Shown: positions 49,996 through 63,400 of the stretch, piece by piece
How positions within the stretch are numbered: the stretch's first letter is position 1
Layout: the number at the start of each line of letters is the position of its first letter
Source: Ranitomeya imitator
Taxonomy: Eukaryota
Direction: 5' to 3'
Assembly (NCBI RefSeq): GCF_032444005.1
Contig: NC_091288.1
Coordinates: 224,006,001 to 224,070,000, forward strand
Length of the DNA stretch: 64,000 nt
Notes under the pieces: model-generated
Database searches by the model: none
What the model saw: the letters and a program-made list of their open reading frames with translations, nothing else
What the model was told of the DNA's origin: nothing
Program-made: the position numbers and the translations under genes

Positions 49996-52845
49996 TCAAA
50001 CCCAACTTTTTTTTATTAGTCTCTGATGTTTATCAGCATTCAACGCCTTCGTGAAAATGTCTGCTGTCATTTCTTCAGTAGGACAGTACTCTAACTTCAA
50101 GACTCCTTGTTCCTGATGATCTCTCAAGAAATGATATTTCACATCAATATGCTTGGTTCTTGGATTGACTTTTTCCATCTGAGCAAGAACAAGACTTCCT
50201 TGATTGTCCTCTTTCAGTTTTGTTGGTGCCAACTGTGGTTGTCCTAATTCTGTCAACAATTGTCTTAACCACAGTACTTCTTGACTCGCATGTGCTGCTG
50301 CAACATATTCTGCTTCTGTTAAAGATAGTGTCACAATTGACTGTTTCTTACTTGTCCAACTTATTGGTCCACCTGAGAGGAAAAAAATATGTCCACTGGT
50401 AGATCTTCTGTCAGTTGGATCTCCAGCCCAATCTGCATCAACATATCCTGTTAAAATGCAATCATCGCTTGTGGGTAATTTCAGCTTAACATTGCTAGTT
50501 CCTTTCAAATAACGCATTACTCTCTTCACGGCATTCCAATCAGCTTTATTTGGTTTTGATACCTTTCTACTCAGGATTCCTACTGCTGCTGCGATGTCTG
50601 GTCTTGTAACGGTTGCTAGATACAGTAGTTTTCCTATTGCTGTTCTGTATTCTTCATTATTTGGTAGCATATTTTGTTCACTGTTCATCTCTTTGAGATA
50701 ATTAGTTTCCATTGGAGACTTTACTGTTTTTGCATCTTTTAATCCAAATTTTTCTGTTATGTCTTGAATCATGTGATTTTGATTCAGTAGGAAACTTCCA
50801 TCTTCTTCTCTTTCTACTTGTATTCCTAGATATTGTTTTACATTTCCCAAGTCTTTGATTTCGAAATGTTGCTTCAGGATTTTTAGAATGTTTTCGTTAT
50901 CCCTTTCTTGTTCAAAACAAATCAAAATGTCGTCTACAGATATGAGTATGTAAATCCATCTATTAATCAGCCTTTTTGTGTATAAGCATGGATCAGCTTT
51001 GCTTCTTTGAAATTTTTCATTTGTAAGTACTTCCGTGATTTTGTCATTCCACGCTTTAGCTGCTTGCTTTAAACCATATATGCTTTTCTGTAGTTTACAA
51101 ACTTTGTTTGGATTTCTTTCATCTTTGAATCCTGGAGGTTGTTCCATATAAAGGTCTTCTGTTAAATCTCCATTCAGAAAAGCTGTCTTTACATCCAGAT
51201 GTCTCAGTTGCATCTGTTTCATTGCTGCAACTGTAAGTAAAGTTCTTATTGTAGTGTGTTTAACAACTGGAGCAAATGTCTCATCATAGTCTTCTCCAAC
51301 AGGCAGTTTAGATATTTCTTCCCAAGAAGTAGGCTCATAGATTTTTCTTGTGCTTGTCTTGTATGAGAGACGTTTTGGTGGTTTTCCTTTGTTCTTTCTC
51401 ATTGAACGTCTTGGTTCTGTGTCTGTTTGTAGTTGTGATTCTTCACTTTCAGTATTTTGTTCTTCATTAACTTCTACTTTTTTCTCAGCAGATATTTCTT
51501 CAGTTGTGTCATTATTGGTTTTCTCATTTTTTGTTTCAACTGAAATCATAATATCTTCATTCAAATCTTCAATGAATGTCACACTGTTACTCACCGTAAC
51601 TCTGTCTGTTTTGGGATCTAGCATTCTATATCCTTTGCAATTTTCACTATATCCAACAAATATTCCTTCCATGGATCTGTTTTGAAGTTTGGAACGTTTT
51701 TCTGTTGGAATGAATATGAAAACTTTACATCCAAAAACTTTTAAATGATTGACACTTGGTTTCATACCTTGCCACAGTTCATATGGAGTTTTCGTCAGTT
51801 TTCTGGAAAAAAGTGGGTTCTGTAGATAAGTAGCTGTCATTGCTGCCTCACCCCAATATTTCTCTGGTAGTTTGGAATCCGTCAGCATACATCTTATCAT
51901 CTCTGTTAGAGTTCTGTTTTTCCTTTCTGCTACTCCATTTTGTTCAGGTGTGTATGGAACCGTTTTCTGGTGTTCTATCCCATTTTGTCTTAAGTAGTCT
52001 TCTATTCTGTGACCTGTAAATTCACCTCCATTATCACTTCTGATGACAATTGGCTTCCTTTGAAATTTGTTACTTGATCTTGTTACATAGTCTACAAGTT
52101 TATCAAAAACTTCACTTTTGTTTTTAATTAAGTATGTGACTGTGTATCTTGAGTAATCGTCTATAAAAGTCAACATGTATCTATTGCCTCCTGATGTAGT
52201 CACTTTCATGGGTCCACATACGTCAGTATGCACCAAATCAAGTGGTCTTTCGCTTTTCATCTCACTTTCTTTTGGAATAGATAACCTTGTGGCTTTGGAT
52301 TTTATACAACAATCACATCTTATAGTAATTGAGCAATCTGATATCTTTAAATCTTTTGTCAATTCTTTTCTCTGTAGTTCCCTTATACTGTCAGGGTGTC
52401 TATGTCCTAGACGTCTATGCCACATGTGAATACAGTTTTTGTGATCATGTGTACATACCTTCATCTGTTCCTTTGGTGTGTCAAAATGATATAATTGTTC
52501 ATCTGCCTTGACTTTGGTTATCACCTTGTTTCCTGCAATAATTGCACACTCATTGTCTTTGAGTTTCACTGTAAGTCCTTTTGCTGTTAAACGTTTCACA
52601 GATAATAATCCGCCTTCCAATTTTGGAACATACAACACATCTTGTACAAGTATCTTTGAATCTTGCCCGAACTTGTTTGAACAATTTAGCATACCTTGTC
52701 CGATACCTTCTGCGGTTATTTTGCTTCCATCTGCGAGATAAATGGCTTCTTTCTTATCTAAATCAAGATCAGTAAAGAAATTCTTGTCACTTGTCATATG
52801 ACTCGTTGCTCCTGAATCAATAAACCAACCAAGTGATGATTTCTT
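49996..52845 (-). pseudogene. Copia pol (PR, IN, RT, RNase H) with in-frame deletion of the RT N-terminus
   Basis: WFIDSGATSHMT (out of frame with gag), WHRRLGH..CDCC, DVCGP/SDNGGEF/AERKNR, YVDADWAGD. EPTSWEEISKLPV runs straight into GEDYDETFAPV, missing the conserved KWVFK..YKARLVA block. Confidence 0.9.
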
Positions 52846-53659
52846 GTCTTGTTACTTTAAATGTGCCATTCCAATTATTCTCACATGAATCGGAAATTGT
52901 GTTTTTTACTTTCTCTGTATGCCTTTTATGTTGTAATTTTTGTTGTTCTGCTTTCCATATGGTACAGTCTTTCTTTAAATGACCTTTTTTCTTACATCTG
53001 AAGCATTCTCTTGTCTCTTTATTATAGGGTTTTTGGAATTCTGTAGCTTTAAGAGCGTTTTCACTGTCCTTTTCAGTAGAAGAATCATTTCTTTGCTCTT
53101 TTCTTCTCTGATATTCATCTATTAGTCTTGTTTTCACAAAATCTAATGTAATGTCAGTTTCTGGTCTCGTCTCAAGGGCATTTATCAAGGCTGTATACGA
53201 ATCTGGTAAACTGCACAACAATATAGCTGCTACATGACTTTCTTTAACATCTTCACCAATAGATCTTAGCTGTGATATCACTTCCATCATTGAGAATATG
53301 TGCTTCTGCATATCGTCATTTGCACTCAATCTCATACTGTACAGCTTTCTTAATAAAAATAACTTGTGATTCAAGCTAGGTCTTTCATACAGTTTTCTTA
53401 ATGCTTCCCACATTCCCTTAGCTGTTTCTTCATTTCTTATATGTATTAATTGAGCATCATCCACTAATAAGCTAATGGTGGCTCTCGCTTGTATATCCTT
53501 CTTATCCCATGTCTGATTATCTTGATCTGGTCTTGCTGTAACAATTACTTCCCATAGATCATCCTTAGATAACAACATCTCTACTTTGAATTTCCATAAC
53601 TGATAATTTTCACTATTCAGTTTAGCTACTGTAAATTTCAGTCCTGTGTTACTCATCAT
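52817..53659 (-). CDS. Copia gag (UBN2-like capsid plus CCHC knuckle)
   Basis: LNSENYQLWKFKVEMLL, LLCSLPDSY, CFRCKKKGHLKKDC. It leaves the protease frame near 52850. Confidence 0.88.
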   Translation of the reverse strand: MMSNTGLKFTVAKLNSENYQLWKFKVEMLLSKDDLWEVIVTARPDQDNQTWDKKDIQARATISLLVDDAQLIHIRNEETAKGMWEALRKLYERPSLNHKLFLLRKLYSMRLSANDDMQKHIFSMMEVISQLRSIGEDVKESHVAAILLCSLPDSYTALINALETRPETDITLDFVKTRLIDEYQRRKEQRNDSSTEKDSENALKATEFQKPYNKETRECFRCKKKGHLKKDCTIWKAEQQKLQHKRHTEKVKNTISDSCENNWNGTFKVTRQEIITWLVY

Positions 53660-55222
53660 CTTTATATAGTCTTACTTGTTTAGAGAGTTGTACTGAAGAT
53701 ATTCTCCTGTATGTCCTGTGAATTCTCTGCAATTAAATCCAGCTCCTGGGATGCTGAATTCCTCTGTCACTCTGTATCTGGATTTAGTTCCTTCTGTTTA
53801 CAGAGCTTATCTGTGTGCTCCGTTATCTGGGCTATAAACCAGGATCCTTCTGCCTGAGCTTGTAGTGCAGACCTGTAGTGTCTGGGGTGCCTGGGTTGCC
53901 TGGGGTTATCTGGGGTGCCTGGGGTGTCTGGGGTTATCTGGGGTGCCTGGGCCCATAACCTGTTGCAGAGTGCATCTTCTTGCAGTCACCGCTGTACTTA
54001 GGAAAGCTTCAATCAGCAAGATATCTTGAGTAAACAGTATTTACTTCATACTGGATAAACATGAGATACAATTCAGTGTCACACAGTCCGTGCACCGAAC
54101 ACAACACATTCATGAAGAAAAGCAAAACCGAAAGTAAGAAAACAACCAACCACTGAGAGCTTCCCTCCCCACATTACAGCAACTATATGACTTTACACAC
54201 TATCGCCATCTGCTGTCTGGTTAGTATAAAGTCCTCCTTTCACTTATAATAAGTCCCAATCTGTTGCATATGCCAACACTTCTAAGAGAACCCTCATACA
54301 TAATTGGGGCTATTAATGAGGCCCTCATACATAGTAGGGGTTGGAAAGGGGGCTCATACAGAGTGAGGGCTACTAAGGTGGTCCTCCTACATAGTGAGGG
54401 CTACTAAGGGGGCCATCAAACAGAGTCAGGGCTACTAATGGGGCCAATATACTGTGTGGAATACTGTTGAGGCCCTCATAAATTTTGGAGACTACTGTGG
54501 GGATTATCGTACAGTGCGGAGGCTACTGTGGGGGAAAAGTGAACGACTCCATCACAAAGCACATCACATTTAAGTCACTATCTATAACTGTACTCTAATC
54601 TCTCTATGTTCTGCAGAACCGGCATCTACCACAATATGTCACCATATGGCCTTTGTATAGTGATTGACTTTCAGTAAGAGCGCGGTCATCTGCTGAGGAC
54701 CTTCCACAAACACTATTAGGGTCCCCCCTGTAAATGTAAACATGGTTATGGTTGCCTGGTCCACTCAGAGGTTCCCCCCAACCTGAATCCCTAGCTTCGC
54801 CTATACTCATAGTCTTACGACGATATTCAACCTTTCCTTTTATTTTTTAAGGTCTATGTAGACACTTAGAACATGAGATATTGAAAGTGTCTTGTTCATG
54901 TTTTTACCATTTCAATTTTCCATTGCATGGGTTGTTTCCATCAGTTTCGCTTTCCTTCCATGACGGCACCATTGATGACCATTAGTGGTACTCATGAGAC
55001 GTTTGCATGATGTGTATTCAAATAAGTCAATTTGTAAGACTTTCGGTAGGCCTGGAGTTTGCATAGTCACAGAGCTGTTCATCCTTTACAATGTACGAGA
55101 TACATGAGGGATGAGCGCTGGCAAACTTGTCTATTGCACTGTTACGCTGGGACATGAGAAGAATCTGTAGGACATTGAGAAGAATCTGTAGAATTTCATC
55201 AGAAAATCTGAGCATTAAAGAA

Positions 55223-56128
55223 ATGGATCCGGGCTTCTCTGGCACTGTGATTGGCCTTTCCATAGTAGCATGTGAGGCATTTGTCGCCATGTCTACCATC
55301 ATCTTCATCATATTTGCAATCATGTGGGATTTCTATAGAAAAAAGAAGTTGGACACTAAGGATAAGATTCAGGTGTCTTTGAACGTGCCCTGTGTCATGG
55401 TCACAATTCTGGTGACCTACGGGGAATTCTCTAAAGTCCTGCAACCCAAAAGTTCCATAGTGTCTCATCCAATATTTGTGCTGGTTTCTGTGTACAGCAA
55501 GTGCTCATGTGCCTGGATCACCGCCCTCCAATTCTTCTTCTATTTCATTAAAATTGTACCTTTCAGATGTCTCTTCATTGCTTGGGTGAAGATGAAGATC
55601 GGCTCCATTGTCTCAATGCTGATTTTGGTGGTGGAGCTGATGTCCGTGAGTATGGCTCTCTTACAGTTACTTCCTCAAATGAAGGCACACATCTCCTCCA
55701 TAAACAGCTCATATATCTCATCTACCGACACGACCAGTGACTACATGACAATAGCGTTAGCCGTTGTTAAGTGTGTGCCACTTATCTTGACAATCATTAC
55801 CATCCTCCCAACCACTACCTTCTTAATATACCACATAAAGAGGATGAAGGACACAAACACGTCTGGAGAAGTCCAACAGTAGAAGCGCGTGGTCCATATC
55901 ATGCTGCGCTTCCTCATCCTCTACTCCATCTTTCATGTTGTGATGTTACTTTACTATTTCTCATTTTTTGCACCTTACAGTGTTGGATACTGGATAAACC
56001 TTATCTTGGTGCAAGCTTTTATGCCACTATTATTCTTTCTACAAATACTTGACAACCCTCATTGGAGAAGCATCTGGACGGAGATGACAAGTTGTGTCAC
56101 CAGCTGTAAAGACCCGAACACCCATTAG
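55223..56128 (+). pseudogene. TAS2R: TAS2R with a single premature stop
   Basis: MDPGFSGTVIG.., CAWITALQFFFYFIKIV, FIAWVKMKI. In-frame TAG at 55880-55882 (EVQQ*KRVVHIMLRF), then TM6-TM7 continue in the same frame to ILDNPHWR. Confidence 0.88.
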
Positions 56129-59068
56129 ATGGAGCTGAGAAATGAGGAAGGGGGAAAATCACTGTGGGAAATGCAGAAAACAGTATAAAAATACATAATT
56201 TGGTCTCAGGACTTGAGATGAGCAAATCTCCTGACATTCGGGAGATGAACCGAGGTCGTCTAAACCTTTCTCTGAGCCTTGTCTACGTCTCAGACTTGGG
56301 TCGAGTCAGCAGGTTAATAGCTGGTGATCTCAGGATCCTCAGATATTATTATGCATTTGTTCTATCCGTTTTACTTCACCGTTTACTTCTTTGGTCCAAG
56401 TCCTAGAGATGATTTGAGAAACTTGTGTTTTTTTTATTTCCTTGTATTTTCTTTTTCCTCTCCCACACATCCTCGATAAGTTGTGTTTCTAGGGCTGAGC
56501 TCTGCACTCAATGGCTGATGTGTTGATGTCTCTTATTTAGCACTTATGTTAGGGCACGGAGAGATTTTTCCATATCATGTGGTCAATTATTCCAAGGTGC
56601 AGAAGATCATATTTTATCATAAGAACATGTATGATTCTAGAATATTCTTGTTTCTGCCATCAACCATTGCTGGTAACTAATAAGTCTCTTCTCAGAGGAA
56701 CATACAGAAAGTGTCATGATCTTGTGTCTTGGGCCACCACTGCTGTAAGAATTAGTAGCTTAATGACACTTCATATTTATTGTCTTATCTTTCCCAAATT
56801 CTTCATGGAAATATTCCAAATGTTCTCCTGACATTGTGCGTATCTGCTGGAGTCTAATTTCACGTCACTACTCAACTTTCCATTTCCTTTATTCTCAATG
56901 ATAGAAATAGGAAAAAATGGTCCGAAGCGTCACCTCCTAACCTTCCGAGTGGTCATTGGCTTTACGTCTACCCTTCATAAACTCCACAACATTTCCCTCA
57001 ATCCTCCACTACAACCCTTGGTGTTTTTTCAATTTAAGGTCACTCACTTTTTTGTCCTTTTCACTCGTGGATGGGTAAATGAAAATCTCAATAAAAACTC
57101 GTAGAACAATCCCAGTGTTACCTTGTGTGTGATTTTGACTAAAATGCCTCATTTTATCATAAAAACTAAAAAACTTAAACATTCCAAGTTAATTCCTGAT
57201 GATCAACATCTACTTTATTAAATTTGTAAATTTGTTTTCACATTTAAAATTGTACAAGAGAGAAAAAAAGAAAATCTCCCAAAAACGAGACACAATTGTG
57301 AAAAATCAAGGTAAGAGCACAAATGAGAAATGAAACAGGGACTGGACGCGAGCTCACGGTCAGGAATGGAATTGCCGAATCACAGCAGATCAAGGCATGA
57401 TATCTGGTCCCGGGCTCCAGGTTCCTTCTTCACATCCATGTACAGATGTGTCCAATCTATTATTTCTTTATTTTTCTTACATGAGAGACTATGAGCGGCG
57501 TAAGATTGACAGCATATCGATAGACCGCGTAGGTCCACTCTGTACGACCCAGGACTAAGGATGAACAAATCAATTACATAATTAATCAAATTCACATAAT
57601 AATTCCCAAACTTTGCACGTTCTAGTTTTTTACAATTTTTAGGAAATCAATTTGCATGAATTCTGGATTTATATGGGCTGAGATAGGGTTTAAAAAACAA
57701 CATAACATCAAAGACATCTCACCCCTCTCCTACCACTGCCACCACAGCTCCTCGGCGTTCTTCATCTGCCTGCCTGAGGCACCCACCCCCCGATCCAGCA
57801 CTAGTTTCCGCATCGCTTTCCTTGGTCTATTGGTGCCAGTTAGATCTCATTGTACATCACAAGGACCAGGGAGGGCAGGTGAAGACGAGACTGGATATGA
57901 AGGAGGTGTGGATGTCCTAAGAAGCCAACGGAGGACGGGTGGGGAGCTGGTGTAAATGAGACACAAGGTGACTATGACATATTAGTGGTTTTTAACCCCT
58001 TTCTAGTCCATCCAATTACTATACCTTTGGGTTGTGAGACCTCAGTGCATGACAGTTATGTTAGAACATGATATATAGCCATAGAGGTGTTAGGTGAAGT
58101 GATGTGTATCCAAGTGAACTGCCAACGAGAAGCCAACGGCGAGCGGACAGAACCTACAGTGACCGGTATCCTGGTAATGAGATGGAACGAGCATGATGAG
58201 GAAAAACATTGATCATCCTGATTGTGGGAGAACATGATCCAAAACTGGGTCACAAAATCTGTAAGTCCGAAAAGTCCAAAATATGATGACAACTTACCTG
58301 TCCATATGAGATCATGCCGGGCAAGGCCACCAAACATTCGAGTAATTGCAAGAAAGACGAGAGGGTCAGACATCATCTAGCTGGCTTTAAGTTATTGGGA
58401 AATGTGAAGACCATGATAATGTAATCCATTATATTACTTGTAAAAATGACAAAGATCTTTTAGGCAGAAGAGGTACACCCCCCTTGTCAAACAAGGCACA
58501 GAAAATGTGTTTAAAAAGCAAAAAAAGACATGGTGCAAGTAATGAGAGCAAACTATAAACTGAAATCTTCGTTTCGGCTTCATGTGTCATCGTTCACCTT
58601 CCCCTAGAAGATTTTCAGTTTCCATCAAATGATATTTATAGGTTGCGTACATGTGTGGTGGTGGCGCATGGTGCTGGTGAAATCCTTCATAGAGGTCCTC
58701 GTCTTTTAATTAATTTGTGCATCTTCCCCAGCACTCTCTGGGTTAATGAATCAGGCCTCTGTGTGAGACTCTCTGAGTGACTCCGGCCTCCAGCAGACCA
58801 GCATAGGCCCAAGGTTTGGCCGGATGTGACAATGTGATTCAGACCAGATGGCCAAATGAGTCAGCTGTGGTATCCAGCTCAGTTGTCACTAAACGCTCTT
58901 AGATGGGATCCAAGTTTTAACATTTCCCGGTTGCCGCTGACGCTGGCGTTGTATCCAGTGCCGGTAGATCCATAGCAGTGCTGATCACTGAGCTTTGTGG
59001 AGATCCAATCTCAAAGATTTTGGGGCTTAGTGAAGGCGTTAATACTACAGGTTTGGTGTCTGTGGGAC

Positions 59069-60338
59069 TGCAGCGCCCCAGAGACCTGGTCGTTGCAGTA
59101 TGACGCTCCGCCACTAAGGGGAGTGATGGTACGTCTGATGGCACTAAAGGAGTTCTCCTGACCAGGTATCACCAGAACACATTACACTTCACACTCCGGC
59201 CACTAGGGGGAGAAAAAGGCTTTATCTATTGGGCCACTCCTCACACTGGTAAAACTAGGGGTCGGGGAGGAAGTTAGTCAGAAGCTGACTGGGTTGGATT
59301 CAGGCAACATCCCGTGGCAGGGGGTGTTGCAGGGAGAAGACACAGGGGGTCCCTGTCAGGCGTGGGAACCTGGCAGGTGCCTAGCGAACAGAGCAGAACG
59401 TAACGGAACCGCGCCTGCACACCTTGCGGCGGTATCCTAAGAGAGAGACAAGAGGGGAAGAATATTGTGGAACAGTGCAAACGAGGTCAGCACAAAGGAG
59501 AGCCAGTAGGAGTCGTGCCGAGAGAGGAAGGCAACATCTTACTGAGGCGCGTAGTCGGTGGCCGGAACACCGTAGGAGTAACTGACTTCAGGCCTTACTT
59601 CAAACTCCGCAGGACAGTTAATTATAGGTTAGCTGTCTACCTTCTACACCTACGAAGACATAGGGGGCAACATTGGGAGAGGGGCGTCTCTAGAGTCCCG
59701 GAAGACCTCCAAGCCTTCCCGTCAAACGGGTGGCGTCCTAGCCATAAGATATCTGGGGGACGTTAGAAACTAGTAACATCTGGAACCAAAGAACAAGAGA
59801 GAGAAAGAAAGCTGTAGAGAACGAACGAACGAGAGCAGCAGTTCCGAATGCTCAGCAGGGTAGCACTACAACACACAGGCGCTAGTGGTAGGCAACGATT
59901 TCCATCTGCGAGGGAAACTCTGGATGTGCCCATCGGACCGGCCGGTCTCTGATAGCCCTGTTGAACGTACTCTGGATTGAGGATTCTGAAGCCTTCAGTA
60001 AAGAGGTAAAGAGACTGCAACCTTGTGTCCTCATTATTGCCTGCACCTCACACCATCTCCATCCTCCTTACTGGGAAGCCCTGGGGACATACTTCACCTG
60101 TGGGAAGGTTTACCATCCAGCTGCCATTCCATCACCCCAGCGGACCCCACAGCAGCGTCGGTCACCCTGACCGAACACCACAGGTGGCGTCACGAACCAT
60201 TGACAGACTGTACAAATCCCTTTACTGGACGCCCCTTAGCAGGGTCACGGACCGGGTCCAGCCACCGTGACAGCCTCACAACCGAACCAGAGAGGCCCGG
60301 TACCGAGAACTCGTGGCCCTGTGTCTGGGGGCGCTCTA
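59069..60338. mobile_element. Large solo LTR, 1270 bp
   Basis: TGCAGCGCCCC...GGGGCGCTCTA imperfect inverted termini; 4-bp TSD GGAC at 59065-59068 and 60339-60342. Confidence 0.8.
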
Positions 60339-60453
60339 GGACATTTTAGCTTCAGATGGGTGGATGACTTGTCTCCCTCCGTGCACGACCAAGCCAAGCT
60401 CCCATGACCACAGTAAACCAATAGAGCTTCATACAGCGTCATATAAAACCAGG

Positions 60454-63400
60454 TGTAATAGATATAGATATAGATGTCCTCCCTGTAAAGCGTAACTACG
60501 GAGAAGCTTTCATCTACCCGCTTCGCCCCGGACATCAGAGATCCATCCCACGTTCTGGAGTGACCTGCCCTTACACTTTTACGGTGACCTTCAATCTTCC
60601 TCTCCTTGTTTCTCTTCCTCTCTACTGCACCTTGTTCTTCTCTATGTCCCCACTGGATGGCTGGGCATAAGCTTTAATGTTACAGGGGAAGTTAGGCAGC
60701 TCGTGCACATAGCCCACCCGAGCACAAAGGGGTCCGGACCCTGACTGACTAATACAAGAAGACCTTCCAAACTTATTCCCAGCTAACCCCTACTACAGTT
60801 TAACTATTCACACTGACCCAGGACAATGTTACTGTAGGTGCGCTGGAATGTCTCTATCTAGTGGCCCGATAGGTGTACTGCGCTCTCCCTGCGTATAGTA
60901 CAGCCATAGGAACATTAAATACATTACATACAATAAATATATACATATAGCAGCATAGACATCTTAAAGGGGTAGACTTACCATCCCCTTACATTCCCCC
61001 TTTCTTAAATCATTGTCATTCCTGACAATGCTACAATCATAATAAACTTTTACTATTTTACAGTGGATATTCCATGCAGGGCGAACAAACATATACAACA
61101 GTTCAACATGAGCTAGATTTATGTGAAGTCAATGTCCACTTCATTTTCTTATTTACACACAGTGCCTTGCGAAAGTATTCACCCCCCCTGGAACTTTCCA
61201 ACCTTTTCCCACATATCAGGCTTCAAACATGAAGATACCAAATGTAAATTTTTGGTGAAGAATCAACAACAAGTGGAACACAATTGTGAAGTTGAACGAA
61301 ATTTATTGGTTATTTTACATTTTTGTGGAAATTCAAAACCTGAACAGTGGGGCGTGCAATATTATTCGGCCCCTGTAACTTTCAGTGCAGAAGTTCATTG
61401 TGGATCTCTGAATGATCCAATGTCGTCCTAAATGCCTAATGATGATAAATATAATCCACCTGTGTGTAATCAAGTCTCCGTATAAATGTACCTGCTCTGT
61501 GATAGTCTCAGGGTTCTGTGTGAAGCACAGAGAGCATCATGAAGACCAAGGAACACAACAGGCAGCTCCGTGATACTGTTGTGGAGAAGTTCAAAGCCGG
61601 ATTTGGATACAAAATAATTTCCAAAACTTTAAACATCCCAAGGAGCAGTGTGCAAGTGATCATATTGAAATGGAAGGAGTATCATACCACTGCAAATCTA
61701 CCAAGACCCGGCCGTCCCTCTAAACTTTCATCTCAGACAAGGAGAAGACTGATCAGAGATGCAGCCAAGAGGCACATGATCACTCTGGATGATCTGCAGA
61801 GATCTACAGCTGAGGTGGGACAGTCTGTCCATAGGACAACAATCAGTCGTACACTACACAAATCTGGCCTTTATGGAAGAGTGGCAAGAAGAAAGCCATT
61901 TCTCAAAGATATCCATGAACAACAAGCCACCTGGGAGACACCAAACATGTGGAAGAAGGTGCTCTGGTCAGATGAAACCAAAATCAAACTTCTTGGCAAC
62001 AATGCTAAACGATATGTTTGGTGTAAAGGCAACACAGCTCATCACCCTGAAAACACCATCCCCACTGTCAAACATGGTGGTGGCAGCATCATGGTTTGGG
62101 CCTGCTTTTCTTCAGCAGGAACAGGGAAGATGGTTAAAATTGATGGGAAGATGGATGGAGCCAAATACAGGACCATTCTGTTGAAGTCTGCAAAAGACCT
62201 GAGACTGGGACGGAGATTTGTCTTCCAACAAGACAATGATCCCAAACATAAAGCAAAATCTACAATGGAATGGTTCACAAATAAACGTATCCAGGTGTTA
62301 GAATGGCCAAGTCAGAGTCCAGACCTCAATCCAATCAATGGAGAATCTGTGGAAAGAGCTGAAAACTGCTGTTCACAAACGATCTCCATCAAACCTCACT
62401 GAGCTCGAGCTGTTTGCCAAGGAAGAACGGGCGAGAATTTCAGTCTCTCCATGTACAAAACTGATAGAGACAAACCCCAAGAGACTTGTAATCGCAGCAA
62501 AAGGTGGCGCAACAAAGTGTTAAGTTACAGGGGCCGAATAATATTGCACGCCCCACTTTTCAGTTTTTGATTTTCCACAAAATATTAAAATAACCAATAA
62601 TTTTTGCTCAACTTCACAATTGTGTTCCACTTGTTGATTCTTCACCAAAAATTTACATTTGGTATCTTTATGTTTGAAGCATGATACGTGGGAAAAGGGT
62701 GAAAAGTTCCAGGGAGCCGAATGCTTTCGCAAGGCACTGTATATGTCTTTTAACAAGCGCCTGTACTGACAGTCCTCAGGCAATGTCCTATAAAACACAA
62801 ACGACCCTCTTAGTAGGGTCTAGGATATTTTAGGGTGATCCCCCTTCCTTTTAGAGGAGCACCAATTACAATTAATCTGTGCATATGGGTGCGCGGTAAC
62901 AGTCCATCCGTAAGCACAGGCAGTCCATACTTAACGCACTTACTCTCAACTGAGTACTTAAAGGGGTCGGCCCCTTCTTTGGTGAATAGCACGGCCCCGT
63001 GTGCTATGTGCAGGCTGCCTATAAGAAGACACAGTCTGTTGCTACAGCCCACACTCAGCCCCGCAGTTCAACAGAGGCCAAACCAAAAAAAAACAAATGT
63101 CCATTTTTTCCCTTTCAAAACAAATGTCTGTGTAGACAGTCCTTGAGGGCGAGCCCTCCTGCCTTTAAGAGTAACACGATTCTGCATTACGCGTGCGGGT
63201 TGTTTGATCCTTCAACACAGTCCATTATTGCAACCGCCAACCGCACCTGGTCCAATAGTTTTTTTTTATTTTGGGCCCATAATGACATGTTTCTCCAATT
63301 CTGCTATTCAGCAAAGGGGCACAACAGCTGCAACAAAACAAAGAGAAAAACAACTTTTGGCATAAGCGTACTCAGTAAGTCGCAACGGCCGTTTTGCTCT

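Larger units (their letters stand above)
49651..54278 (-). mobile_element. Ty1/Copia LTR retrotransposon
   Basis: LTRs 49651-49966 and 53961-54278 (TGTTG...CAACA, about 98% identical by eye). TSD CTTCT on both sides. PBS GGTTATGGGCCCAG. PPT GAGAAAGGG. Domain order gag-PR-IN-RT-RH. Confidence 0.97.
49040..54540. repeat. Degenerate ~40-bp repeat array (GGGGCTACTAAGGGGGCC..ATACAG) split by the Copia element
   Basis: The same motif family occupies about 49040-49650 and resumes at about 54284-54540. Confidence 0.6.

Noticed and set aside
52817-52860. Programmed gag-pol frameshift in Copia
   Set aside because: No recognisable slippery heptamer. Copia-type elements typically have one ORF, so this is treated as a mutation.
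58056-58376. Possible minus-strand TAS2R pseudogene
   Set aside because: Only vague hydrophobic fragments in different frames; no FYxxKI or GNxKL motif could be recovered.
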